This document shows, piece by piece, positions 10,371 through 19,267 of a stretch of 32,000 bases of DNA. Both the position numbers and the translations under genes were made by a program. The stretch lies in NCBI GenBank assembly GCA_046328475.1, contig JAXLWN010000067.1, positions 4,263 to 36,262 of the forward strand, read 5' to 3'. The stretch's first letter is position 1. Every line of letters starts with the position of its first letter. The notes under the pieces are model-generated. The model ran no database searches, had not been told where the DNA came from, and saw only the letters and a program-made list of their open reading frames with translations. The stretch comes from Chloroflexia bacterium. GTDB taxonomy: Bacteria; Chloroflexota; Chloroflexia; Thermomicrobiales; CADCWN01.

Positions 10371-11403
10371 GTGAAGTTCGGCATCTGGCTCGATTTCCGC
10401 AACCCGCAGCCGTGGCACCGCCCGTGGATGCAGGTGTACGAGGAGTCGGTCGACCTCGCCGTGTCGGCCGAGCGCTGGGGCTTCGACTCCGTGTGGTTCT
10501 CCGAGCACCACCTGGTCGACGATGGCTACCTACCCGCGCTGTTCCCCGCGATCGCCGCCGTGGGTGCCCGCACGCGGCGCGTCCGGCTGGGCACCGCGAT
10601 GCTGCTCGCCCCGCTGTACCACCCGCTGCGGCTGGCCGAGGATGCTGCGGTCACCGATCTGCTCACCGGCGGCCGGCTCGATCTGGGCCTCGCGCCCGGT
10701 TACCGACACGAGGAGTTCGCCAACCTCGGGGTGCCGCGCGAGCAGCGCGGCGCGCGCACCGAGGAGACCATCGAGGTGCTGCGGCGGGCGTGGACGGGTG
10801 AGCCGTTCTCCTTCCACGGCAAGCACTTCACGTTCGACGACGAGATCACCGTGGTGCCGGTGCCGCCGCAGGAGGGCGGCGTGCCGCTGTGGATCGGCGG
10901 CGGTAGCACGGCTGCGGCGAGGCGGGCCGGCCGACACGGCTGCCACTTTCTGCCCGACCTCGGCACGCCGCCGGAGGTGCTCGACCTGTACCGGGCCACG
11001 CTGGCCGAGCACGGTCACGACCCGGCACGCGGCCAGATCACGGCAATCGTCTCGCCGGGCGTGTTCGTGTGCGACAACGCGGACGAGGGCTGGACGCTGC
11101 TACGCGAGCACTATCTGTACCTGATGAACGCGTTCATGGCGTGGTTCGGCAACCCGACGATCTCGTCGGTGGACGACCTGCCGCGCGAGCTGTTCCTGGT
11201 GGGCCTGCCGGACGGTCGCCGAGGGGCTGCGCGAGCGGGTCAAGCCGCTGGGCGACGTGGACCGGGTGATCTTCTTCGGCCGCGCGCCCGGCCTGCCGAT
11301 CGACCTGGCGCGAGCCTCGCTGGCCCGGTTCGCCGAGGAGGTCATGCCGCAGCTGAGTAGACCCGCAGACCAGGCGGGCGGTGCCGACCAGGTGAGCACC
11401 TGA
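10371..11403 (+). pseudogene. LLM-class (luciferase-like) flavin/F420-dependent oxidoreductase, one frameshift near 11215
   Basis: VKFGIWLDF...AERWGFDSVWFSEHH is the typical LLM N-terminus. RBS aaggaggag lies before the GTG at 10371. The true C-terminus (GLRERVKPLGDVDRVIFFGRAPGLPIDLARASLARFAEEVMPQL...) is in another frame and ends at the TGA at 11401-11403. Confidence 0.75.
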
Positions 11404-11439
11404 CGCGGAGCAAGTATTGGTCACCGAAAGGAGAGCCAC

Positions 11440-12482
11440 ATGACGATCCAGGTTCACGAACTGACCCAGGCGACACGCACCCAGCCATCCCCGGAGCGCA
11501 TCCTGCAACTCGGGGCTCGGCTTCTGGGGTGCCAAGACGCTGCTCAGCGCGGTCGAACTCGGCGTCTTCAGCGCCCTGGCCGGCAACCCGCTGGTGATGG
11601 GAGACGCTGCGGCGGCACTCGAGGCTCCACCTGCGCAGCGCGCGCGATTTCCTCGACGCGCTGGTCGCCCTCGGCATGCTCGCGCGCGAGGGCGACCGCT
11701 ACCGCAACACGCCCGAGGCCGATCGCTTCCTGGACCGCGCCAAGCCGTCGTACGTCGGGGGCATGCTGGAAATGGCCAATGCGCGACTCTACCCGTTCTG
11801 GGGCGCGCTGACCGAGGGGCTGCGTACCGGACGGCCGCAGAACGAGGCCAAGACGGGCGGCAACTTCTTCGAGGCGCTCTACCGGGACCCGCAACGGTTG
11901 GGGCAGTTCCTGCGCGCGATGACCGGCCTCAGCGCGGGCGCGGCGCTCGCGATCGCGCGGCAGTTCCCCTGGGAGCAGTACCGCACCTTCGTCGATGTCG
12001 GCTGCGCCGAGGGGTGCCTCCCCGTCCAGGTCGCCCTGGCGCATTCCCACCTCGCGGGCGGCGGATTTGACCTCGCCGCCTGTCCAGCCGCACTTCGCGT
12101 CGTACGTCGCGGCGCACGGGCTCGGTGAGCGGCTGCGCTTCTACCCGGGCGACTTCCTCCGCGAGCCGCTGCCCGAGGCGGACGTGCTGACCATGGGGCA
12201 CATCCTCCACGACTGGAGCCTGGACGAGAAGCGCCTGCTGGTCGCCAAGGCCCACGCCGCGCTGCCGCCGGGTGGGGCACTGATCGTCTACGACGCGGTG
12301 ATCGACGACGAGCGGCGTCAGAACGCCTTCGGGCTGCTGATGAGCCTGAACATGCTCATCGAGACGCCGGACGGTTTCGACTACACCGGGGCCGACTGCG
12401 CGCCGGCTGCGCGAGGCCGGTTTCCGGGAGACCTACGTCGCCCCTCGCCGGGCCGGACGCGATGGTCGTTGGTATCAAGTAG
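11440..12482 (+). pseudogene. Class I SAM-dependent O-methyltransferase (dimerisation domain plus Methyltransf_2 type), several frameshifts
   Basis: Fragments across frames include [71 protein letters not shown] (SAM motif I), [36 protein letters not shown] and [14 protein letters not shown]. Confidence 0.75.
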
Positions 12483-12726
12483 GCCCCGGCCACGCTGCGC
12501 CCGACCATACGATGCGGCACCTCCCTGAGTCGCTCCGCTGCGCGCTGTGTCGATGCCAGTCCCGACGGCAGCACACACCCTTCGTGCCGCGCGACCGGCA
12601 TTCAGACGAGAGCATCGACCAACAAGCTAACCCACCAGCGTATCGCATGCATGGTCAGGCACGCCGTGTTGGCAGCTCATCTACCACGCAAGGAATTGAA
12701 CCGCACCACTGGTTGGACGTTGGCAG

Positions 12727-12751
12727 GCGTCGGCCGTCTCACGGCCGACGC
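12727..12751. other. Perfect 10-bp GC-rich hairpin (gcgtcggccg / tctca / cggccgacgc) in a non-coding region
   Basis: Read directly from the sequence. Neither strand has a U/T tract after it, so I do not call it a classical intrinsic terminator. Confidence 0.4.
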
Positions 12752-12828
12752 TGCGAACCCCGATCCGCACGCGTTGTCATTTCGGGTGACATCACCACAA
12801 CAAGGAGGAGTCGTATGACCGCAGGCTA

Positions 12829-12943
12829 GTGCGCCGTTCCTCAAGTGGGGTGCAAATTGGAAGCCGCGTATGTACTAGACTGCGATCGATATCTGGGCAA
12901 ATGCGTGGCTCCGTATCTGCACCGCATTTGAGGAACGGCGCAC
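12829..12943. repeat. Imperfect 26-bp inverted repeat (24/26 match, outer 16 bp perfect) flanking a 63-nt spacer
   Basis: The left arm gtgcgccgttcctcaagtggggtgca (12829-12854) pairs with the right arm tgcaccgcatttgaggaacggcgcac (12918-12943). It lies in the lower-GC intergenic region upstream of yhhQ. Confidence 0.75.
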
Positions 12944-13114
12944 TTGTGCCGCACCACGCTGATTTCGCTGGGTAGCAAACCGAGCGATGCCACAGGAATC
13001 GCACTGTGCTCACCCAGCAGCAGCATGGTGGGGTACTAGACTTCTCCTCGAGTTCTTGCTACATTGTACGTACACACCGCTTCAGGTCATGCGGTTGGTG
13101 TCCTGGAGGTCGCT

Positions 13115-13798
13115 ATGCGCGTTTCCCAGTGGTTCATTGTCGCGACCGCGTTGTTCGTCACCTGCCTGATCACCGCCAATGTCATCGCCGTGAAGCTGGT
13201 CGCCATCGGCGGGCAGATCCTCCCGGCCGGTATCGTCATCTTCCCCGTCAGCTACATCCTCGGCGATGTGTTGACCGAGGTCTACGGGCTCCGGCGGGCG
13301 CGCCTGGTCATCTGGACCGGCTTCGGTTGCAACGCGCTCTTCGTCGCGGCGGCGTGGCTCGGCGGGATCCTCCCGGCGGCCGGGTTCTGGGATGGTCAGC
13401 CGGCCTACGAGCGCATCCTCGGCTTCACCCCGCGCCTGCTCGCGGCGTCGTTGGTCGCGTACCTCGTCGGCGAGTTCGCCAATGCCTATGTGCTCACCTG
13501 GCTGAAAGCGCTCACCCGGGGGCGGTGGCTCTGGACCCGGACCATCGGCTCGACGCTCGTCGGCGAGGGGCTGGACTCGCTCCTCTTCGTGGGCCTCGCC
13601 TTTGCGGGCATCCTCCCGGTGCGGACGCTCCTGATCACCGCCGCCACACAGTGGCTGATCAAGACGGGCTACGAGGCGCTGGCGACGCCGCTCACCTACC
13701 TCGCCGTCGGTTTCTTCCGGCACGCCGAGGGTCGGGCCGACGCCATGCAGCCGGTCGGGTTCTCGCCAATGCCACTCCACGCAGGTGGCGACGACTGA
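13115..13798 (+). CDS. yhhQ: Queuosine-precursor transporter, YhhQ/DUF165 family
   Basis: Multi-pass membrane protein with ANVIAVKLV..G...PAGIVIFPVSYILGDVLTEVYG...AR.VIWTGF, characteristic of the YhhQ family. The ATG at 13115 follows tggaggt. It sits immediately upstream of queC. Confidence 0.8.
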   Translation: MRVSQWFIVATALFVTCLITANVIAVKLVAIGGQILPAGIVIFPVSYILGDVLTEVYGLRRARLVIWTGFGCNALFVAAAWLGGILPAAGFWDGQPAYERILGFTPRLLAASLVAYLVGEFANAYVLTWLKALTRGRWLWTRTIGSTLVGEGLDSLLFVGLAFAGILPVRTLLITAATQWLIKTGYEALATPLTYLAVGFFRHAEGRADAMQPVGFSPMPLHAGGDD

Positions 13799-13831
13799 CG
13801 ATCGGCGTGCAGTAGCCAGGAGTGGTGCGAC

Positions 13832-14549
13832 ATGGGCACGGAGCAGCGACCGGCGGTCGTGCTGTTGAGCGGTGGGCTCGATTCGACGACGACGCTGGCG
13901 ATCGCCAGGAGCCAGGGGTTCGAGGTCTACGCGCTCTCCTTCCGCTACGGCCAGCGGCACGAGGCGGAATTGGCCGCAGCGGCGCGCATCGCCGCAGCCA
14001 GCAACGTCGCCGAGCATGTGATCGTGCAGTTCGACCTCGGACGCTTCGGCGGCTCCGCGCTGACGGCCGACATCGCCGTGCCGAAGGGCCGCAGCCTCGA
14101 CGAAATGGGCGTCGGTATCCCAGACCATGTGCCGCGCGGAACACGGTCTTCTCCTGGCGCTAGCCTGGGCCGAGACGCTGGGGCGAGCGATATCTTTTAT
14201 TGGTGTGAATGCGCTCGATTACTCCGGCTATCCTGATTGCCGACGAATATATCGCCGCCTACGAGCAGATGGCGAACCCGGCGACGAAAGCGGGCGTCGA
14301 GGGGACCCAGCGCCTGACGATCCACGCCCTTGATCAGCATGACGAAGGCCGAGATCATCCGCAAGGGCCTGGAACTCGGCGTCGATTACAGCCAGACGAT
14401 CACCTGCTACGACCCCACGCCCGCTGGCGTCGCCTGCGGCGAATGCGATGCTTGCCTCCTGCGCCTGAAGGGTTTTGCCGAGAATGGCCTCGCCGACCCC
14501 GCGCCCTACCGAAATGTACCAGCCGCCGCAGACGCCAGCACGCCGATGA
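13832..14549 (+). pseudogene. queC: 7-cyano-7-deazaguanine (preQ0) synthase QueC, at least three frameshifts
   Basis: [12 protein letters not shown] (PP-loop SGGxDS), [11 protein letters not shown], then in other frames [52 protein letters not shown] and [41 protein letters not shown] (Zn Cys cluster). The end is inferred from a TGA overlapping the queD ATG (ATGA at 14546-14549). Confidence 0.85.
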
Positions 14550-14912
14550 CCAGGATCACGCTGCGACGCAAGGTCGACTTCTCTGCGGCGCAATGCCGGA
14601 AATGGGTAATTTACCGCGAAGTTGTCCATGGGCACAACTATTCCGTGGAGGCATTCGTGGCGGGCGATCCTGACGCGCGCGGCATGATCAAGCCGTTCGA
14701 GGAGATCGGGTCAAACGCGACCTTCAAGGAGCTGGTCCACGATCGTGGATATGACCACCAGACGCTCAACGCCAGCCCCATTCGATGAACTGTCGCCGAC
14801 TACGGAGAATCTCGCGCTCGTGTTCCTGGAAGCTCTCCGGGCGCGGGACGACCGCTACACCAAAGTGCGCGTCTGGGAGACCGACAACAACTACGCCGAG
14901 GCCGAGGCGTGA
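14546..14912 (+). pseudogene. queD: 6-carboxy-5,6,7,8-tetrahydropterin synthase QueD, frameshifted
   Basis: [15 protein letters not shown]..., [33 protein letters not shown]. In another frame, PTTENLALVFLEAL...KVRVWETDNNYAEAEA ends at the TGA at 14910-14912. Confidence 0.8.
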
Positions 14913-15562
14913 GCGCCGAGCGCGCTGGCTGGTACCAGCTCAACGAGCACTTCGACGATCCAGGGCGAGGGTGAGCACGCCGGGCGCACCGCCGTCTTCC
15001 TGCGGCTACAGGGTTGCCCTGTCGGCTGCGTGCGTGGTGCGACTCGAAGCTCACCTGGTACGCGGGCGGCGAGCGGCGGCATGACGAGCTGCTGGCGATC
15101 GTAGCGGGCTACCCCGACTGGAGTTGCTGGTCATCACCGGCGGGAGCCGCTGATCCACGACCTGATGTCGAGCGCCACCTGGCGCGCGAGACCCACCTGG
15201 AGACCTCCGGCGTTCACCTGGGTTCGGCGGGCAGCTGCGGCCCTGCTGGGTGACGCTCTCCCTGAAGGCGGTCGCAGGCTGGCGGTGGCGGACGACGTCC
15301 TGGCGAGCGCGGGCGAGTTGAAGTATGTCGATGAAGACTACGATCCCGGCGACGCTGCGTTACACCTTGCCGAATACCGACGCCTCACCGGCCGCCCCGC
15401 GCCGCCCGTGCGCCTGATGCCGGAGGGGGCACCGCCGCGCCAGGCGATGGTCGCGCGGACGCTGCGCTGCTGCGCGAGCACCCCGAGTGGCGCTTTGGCC
15501 CGCGCCTGCAATACAACTACCTGCCGTTTCGGACCTCGAAGGGGGGAACAACAAGCAGTTGA
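14909..15562 (+). pseudogene. queE: 7-carboxy-7-deazaguanine synthase QueE (radical SAM), many frameshifts; 3' end approximate
   Basis: The GTG at 14909 overlaps the queD stop (GTGA). Fragments include QGEGEHAGRTAVFLRLQGCPVGCV..CDSKLTWYAG (radical-SAM Cys cluster region), LLVITGGEPL, THLETSG, WVTLSPK and LLREHPEWRFGPRLQ. Confidence 0.7.
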
Positions 15563-15656
15563 GCGCGGCGGAGGCGCGACGCCTGCGCGCTGCGCGCATC
15601 GCGCAGCGCGAGGAAGGTGCGCGACCTGCGCGGCGGAACCGGGAGGAAGCGAGCCG

Positions 15657-16467
15657 ATGGTGGGCACAGTGACAATGCCGGACGTGCAGGGCCGCAGCGA
15701 TGCGCGCCGCATCCTGATCGATCAGGTCGGGGTGAGCGAGTTGCGCCACCCGGATCGTGGTGCTCGATCCGCAGCAGGGGGAGCAGCGGACGATCGCGCA
15801 ACTGCGCATGTCGGTGCGCCTGCCGCACCAGTTCAAGGGGACGCACATGAGCCGCTTCGTCGAGGTGCTGAACGAGCACCACGGCGAGGTGATGCGGACG
15901 TTCTCGGCGATCCGCGCCGATCGAGCGGCTGGCGCCGAAAAAGGCGGCGGACGAGCGCGGTTCCTATTTGCTGGTGCCACCGCGCCGTCATGGTGCGGCG
16001 GCCTTGAGGACCACGAGTGCGACTTGTCGGGCAATTGAATAACGGGCACTCCGCTGATTTGTCCTGAAGTGCGGGTGCCGGTCGCGAGTCTCTGCCCGCA
16101 GCAAGGAAATCTCCGATTACGGGGCACACAACCAGCGTGGGTATTGTGTGACTACAGCGTCCGTAGCGTGCGGGACGCCACGGGATCCCGGCGTTGATCT
16201 GGATCGAGGAGTTGGTCGAGATTGCCGGGCTCCGCACCGGTCTACCCGCTGCTGAAGCGCATGGACGAGCGGCATGTCACGATGCAGGCCTACGACAACC
16301 CGGCGTTCGTCGAGGACATCGCCCGGAATGTGGCGGCGCAACTGGCCGACGATGCCAGGGTGGCCTGGTTCCGGGTGGGTGTGGTGAACCACGAGTCCAT
16401 CCACAACCACAGCGCCTTCGCCAACGTTGAGTGGTCCCGGGAAACCGGCTACGCGACCGCCCCCTGA
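15657..16467 (+). pseudogene. folE2: GTP cyclohydrolase I type 2 (FolE2/MptA family), several frameshifts
   Basis: RBS gggaggaag lies 7 nt before the ATG at 15657. Fragments include MPDVQGRSDARRILIDQVGVSELRHP, QRTIAQLRMSVRLPHQFKGTHMSRFVEVLNEHH, VPVASLCP, IWIEELVEIA and VYPLLKRMDERHVTMQAYDNPAFVEDIARNVAAQLADDARVAWFRVGVVNHESIHNHSAFA. Confidence 0.8.
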
Positions 16468-16514
16468 CCAGTCCGGGGGCGGGATCCGCCTGGCCCGAGA
16501 GGAAAAGAGCATTC

Positions 16515-18450
16515 ATGGCGCTCACGCCGCAGTTCGAAGCGCACGCCCGCAGCCGTGGTCGAATGGGGACGCTGCGCCTTGTCCGCGATCAGCAATGGCT
16601 GCCGGGGCGATCGACGCCCATCCTCTACCCGGTCCTGAACCTGGTGACCGGCACCACGCCCAATGGCGGGGGCATCTGGCGCTACATCGTCAACGATCTC
16701 CTCGATCACGAGCACCAGAACTCGCCGATCCTCTCCCAGGTACTGCACTTCCTCGACTTCCACCTGTTGCCGCACATGCTCAAACGCTGGCGGGGGAAGA
16801 CGCTGCGCCAGCATTACCGCGACCGGCGTGAGCCGATCGACTTCCGCGCCCCGCTTTTCCTCGACTCGGGCGGATTTAAACTCCTCTTCAAGCCCGACCT
16901 CACCCTGGCCCAATATGGACTGCTGCGCCCAGGCGAGGAGGCGGAGAGCATTCTGCGCTTGCAAAAGGACTTCGGTGGCGACCTCGTCGCTTCGCTCGAT
17001 TACCCGCTGCCGCCGAACCTCGATCCCACCGAGGCCCGCGAGCGGATGCGCCGCAGCGAGGCGAACGCCCTGCGCGCCCTGGAGTTGCTGTCGTCGGGGG
17101 ACGAGTTCGCCGACTACGCGCCTTTGCTGTACATCGCCTGCCACGGCCTGACGGCGGACGATATCGAGGACTATGTGCGCCGCACCCTGGCGGCAATTGT
17201 CGAGCGCGGGCTCCCGACGCAGGGCATCGGCATCGCGATCGGGTCGCTCGTGCCGCTACGCAGCGCCCACAAGCTGGTCGATCTCGTCGGCATTATCCAG
17301 GGCGCGTTGCGCGGCATCCCCGAGACATTGCGCGCAACCCTCCCCATCCACGTCTTCGGGGTCAGCGGCGACCTTATCCCGCTCCTGACGTACCTGGGCG
17401 TTGATTCCTTCGACAGCAGCACCTATATCCAAGCCAGCCGCTCGCTCAAGTACTACCACCCGCGCGAGCGAGATGGTTCCGGTCCTCCAACTGGAAGACT
17501 TGCCGTGCGACTGCCGCATCTGCCGCGCGCTCGACTTCGGCAAACTCCACGACACGCTGACCGCCCATCGCGATGTCTACCGACCCAGCGAACCGAAGGG
17601 CTTCAAGAGCTATTACTACGCCCAGATCGCGCTGCACAACCTGGAGATGGAGCGGCAGGTCCTCGACCGCACGCGCAAGGCACTGGAGGCTGACAGCCTG
17701 GTCGAACTCCTCGTGGAGCATGCCGAGCAATTCCCACGCCTGCAGCCCGCCCTGCAGACGATTGCGCGGGACGACGCGATTCTCTCGCCTCGGCTCACCC
17801 GGGTGGTCTACACGACCAAGCTCTTCGGCGAACGCGCTCCTCTGCCCGGGCGAAGGACCGAGGCACGCGAGCCCGACCGCCCGACCATCTCGTTGCGCTT
17901 CACCCCCGACGACTTCAAGGTGCCGCGCGACTATCATCCACCAGCAGGCCAGGATCTCCTGCTGATCGTCCCCTGCTCGGAGACCAAGCCCTACTCCGAA
18001 TCGCGCAGCCACCAGGCGCTCATGCGGCGGTTGCGGCAGGCGCTGGATGCGCCGACGCTCGCGCGAATCCACAAAATCTCCCTGTCAGGGCTGTACGGGC
18101 CGGTGCCGCAGGAGCACGAGTCGGACGAGAACGTCTTGCACTACAACTTCCTGCTCTCGCCGATGGATCACGCGCAGATTGAAGAGGATGCGAAGCGTCT
18201 CACCGCCTATCTCAAACAGCACGGCAAACACTATCAGGCGATCTTCGGCTACGCGACGAGTAAGGCCTATCGCACGGTCCTCCAGCGCGCCGGGCTGCAA
18301 CTCTACCCGCGCAAACCCGCCAGCCAGATGCCGACCGAGTTCTACCGCAACGCCAATCTCGACGAACTGGTCCAGGCGATTGCCGAGAGCGCCGGGTGCG
18401 ACGATCGCGCCGAGTTCGGGACCCCGGAGTTGCGCGGCATGGTGTCGTAA
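16515..18450 (+). CDS. TGT-family guanine transglycosylase (DpdA/arcTGT-like) fused to an ArcS-type DUF5591 domain; one apparent frameshift near 17455-17480
   Basis: TGT hallmarks:
- ARSRGRMGTL...RSTPILYPV
- FLDSGGF (16857-16877)
- GVDSFDSS (17397-17420)
- Zn motif CDCRIC (17506-17523) followed by IALHNL

The C-terminal domain has LLLIVPCSETKPYSESRSH (motif at 17971-18012), which fits PC-X3-KPY-X2-S-X2-H exactly. The two track ORFs (16431..17693 and 17401..18450) join into about 645 aa. Confidence 0.8.
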
Positions 18451-18474
18451 CGTTGCGTCGCGCCCGGGGGCAGG

Positions 18475-19233
18475 ATGCCGCTGCTGCTCGACCGGTTGAG
18501 CGTCTATGGGGAGATGCTGGCGATTGCCAGCGAGGTGCTGGTCGAGCGGGAAGTGCTCCCGCTCGACCAGTTTCGTGCCCTGCTCTTTCCCCGCCGCGAG
18601 AACGAGACGCTGGAGCGCGAACTGCTCGCCGACCTGGGCGACCTGGGCATCGCGGCGGTTGACGAGCACTCCCTGCGTCGCGCGCTCGCGCCCGATCGCG
18701 CCACCGGCGCTGCGCTGCGCCTGCATGTCCTCGCCACGCTGCGCGCGTTCGAGGATGAGAACGCGGTGATCCTCGATCTCTACCGCTTCCTGCTCGAGGA
18801 TGGCTCGTTCGGGCGGCGCGTCCTCGATCGCGACGCGATTTGGCCGCGCTTTAACCGGCATTGCGCGGCGATCGGGATCGGTGGGCAATCGGTGATCCTC
18901 AACAGCCTCAAGATGGCCTCCTGGCTGCGGCTGATGACGTTCGTTGGCCTGGTCCGGCCAGAGCGCAGCAACACCTTCATCCTCGCCCCGAAGCTCGACC
19001 TCCTCCGCGCCATGCTCCGCTCGATCGTTGGCCTGGGTGGCGACAACCTGAGCAGCCGTCGTCGCGCGCATCGAGGCGCTTCGCCCGCTCACGCAGCGCT
19101 CGGGCTCGCTCCACCCCGGGTATGCCGACGCCCTGGCGCCTCGAACGGCGGCGAGATCGGGCTTACCACGATCGGAGATGCCGGCGGGGGTGCTGCTGCA
19201 CGACCGCGGCAACTCCATCGCCCCCGCGACTAG
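18475..19233 (+). CDS. Hypothetical protein (~250 aa), no family recognised; 3' third frameshifted, end uncertain
   Basis: Protein-like sequence from MPLLLDRLSVYGEMLAIASEVL... to ...LDLLRAMLRSIVGLGGDNLS. It then continues best in another frame (AAVVARIEALRPLTQRSGSLHPGYADALA). It could end at the TAG at 19231-19233 or run on toward the next gene. Confidence 0.4.
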   Translation: MPLLLDRLSVYGEMLAIASEVLVEREVLPLDQFRALLFPRRENETLERELLADLGDLGIAAVDEHSLRRALAPDRATGAALRLHVLATLRAFEDENAVILDLYRFLLEDGSFGRRVLDRDAIWPRFNRHCAAIGIGGQSVILNSLKMASWLRLMTFVGLVRPERSNTFILAPKLDLLRAMLRSIVGLGGDNLSSRRRAHRGASPAHAALGLAPPRVCRRPGASNGGEIGLTTIGDAGGGAAARPRQLHRPRD

Positions 19234-19267
19234 CGCGAACGCTCCGGGGAGGGCTGAGCGGCACGCC

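Noticed and set aside
13020-13114. Looked for a canonical preQ1-I riboswitch (short P1 hairpin plus A-rich tail ending in the SD) immediately upstream of yhhQ
   Set aside because: No A-rich tail and no convincing P1/loop arrangement. I found only a weak anti-SD possibility, so no riboswitch is called. The question is left to covariance-model scanning.
14330-14788. Single ORF that appears to fuse the QueC C-terminus to QueD
   Set aside because: It is an artefact of frameshifts. A TGA in the adjacent frame overlaps the queD ATG (ATGA at 14546-14549), which is the usual operon junction. The ORF also breaks QueD's own conserved HGHNY neighbourhood.
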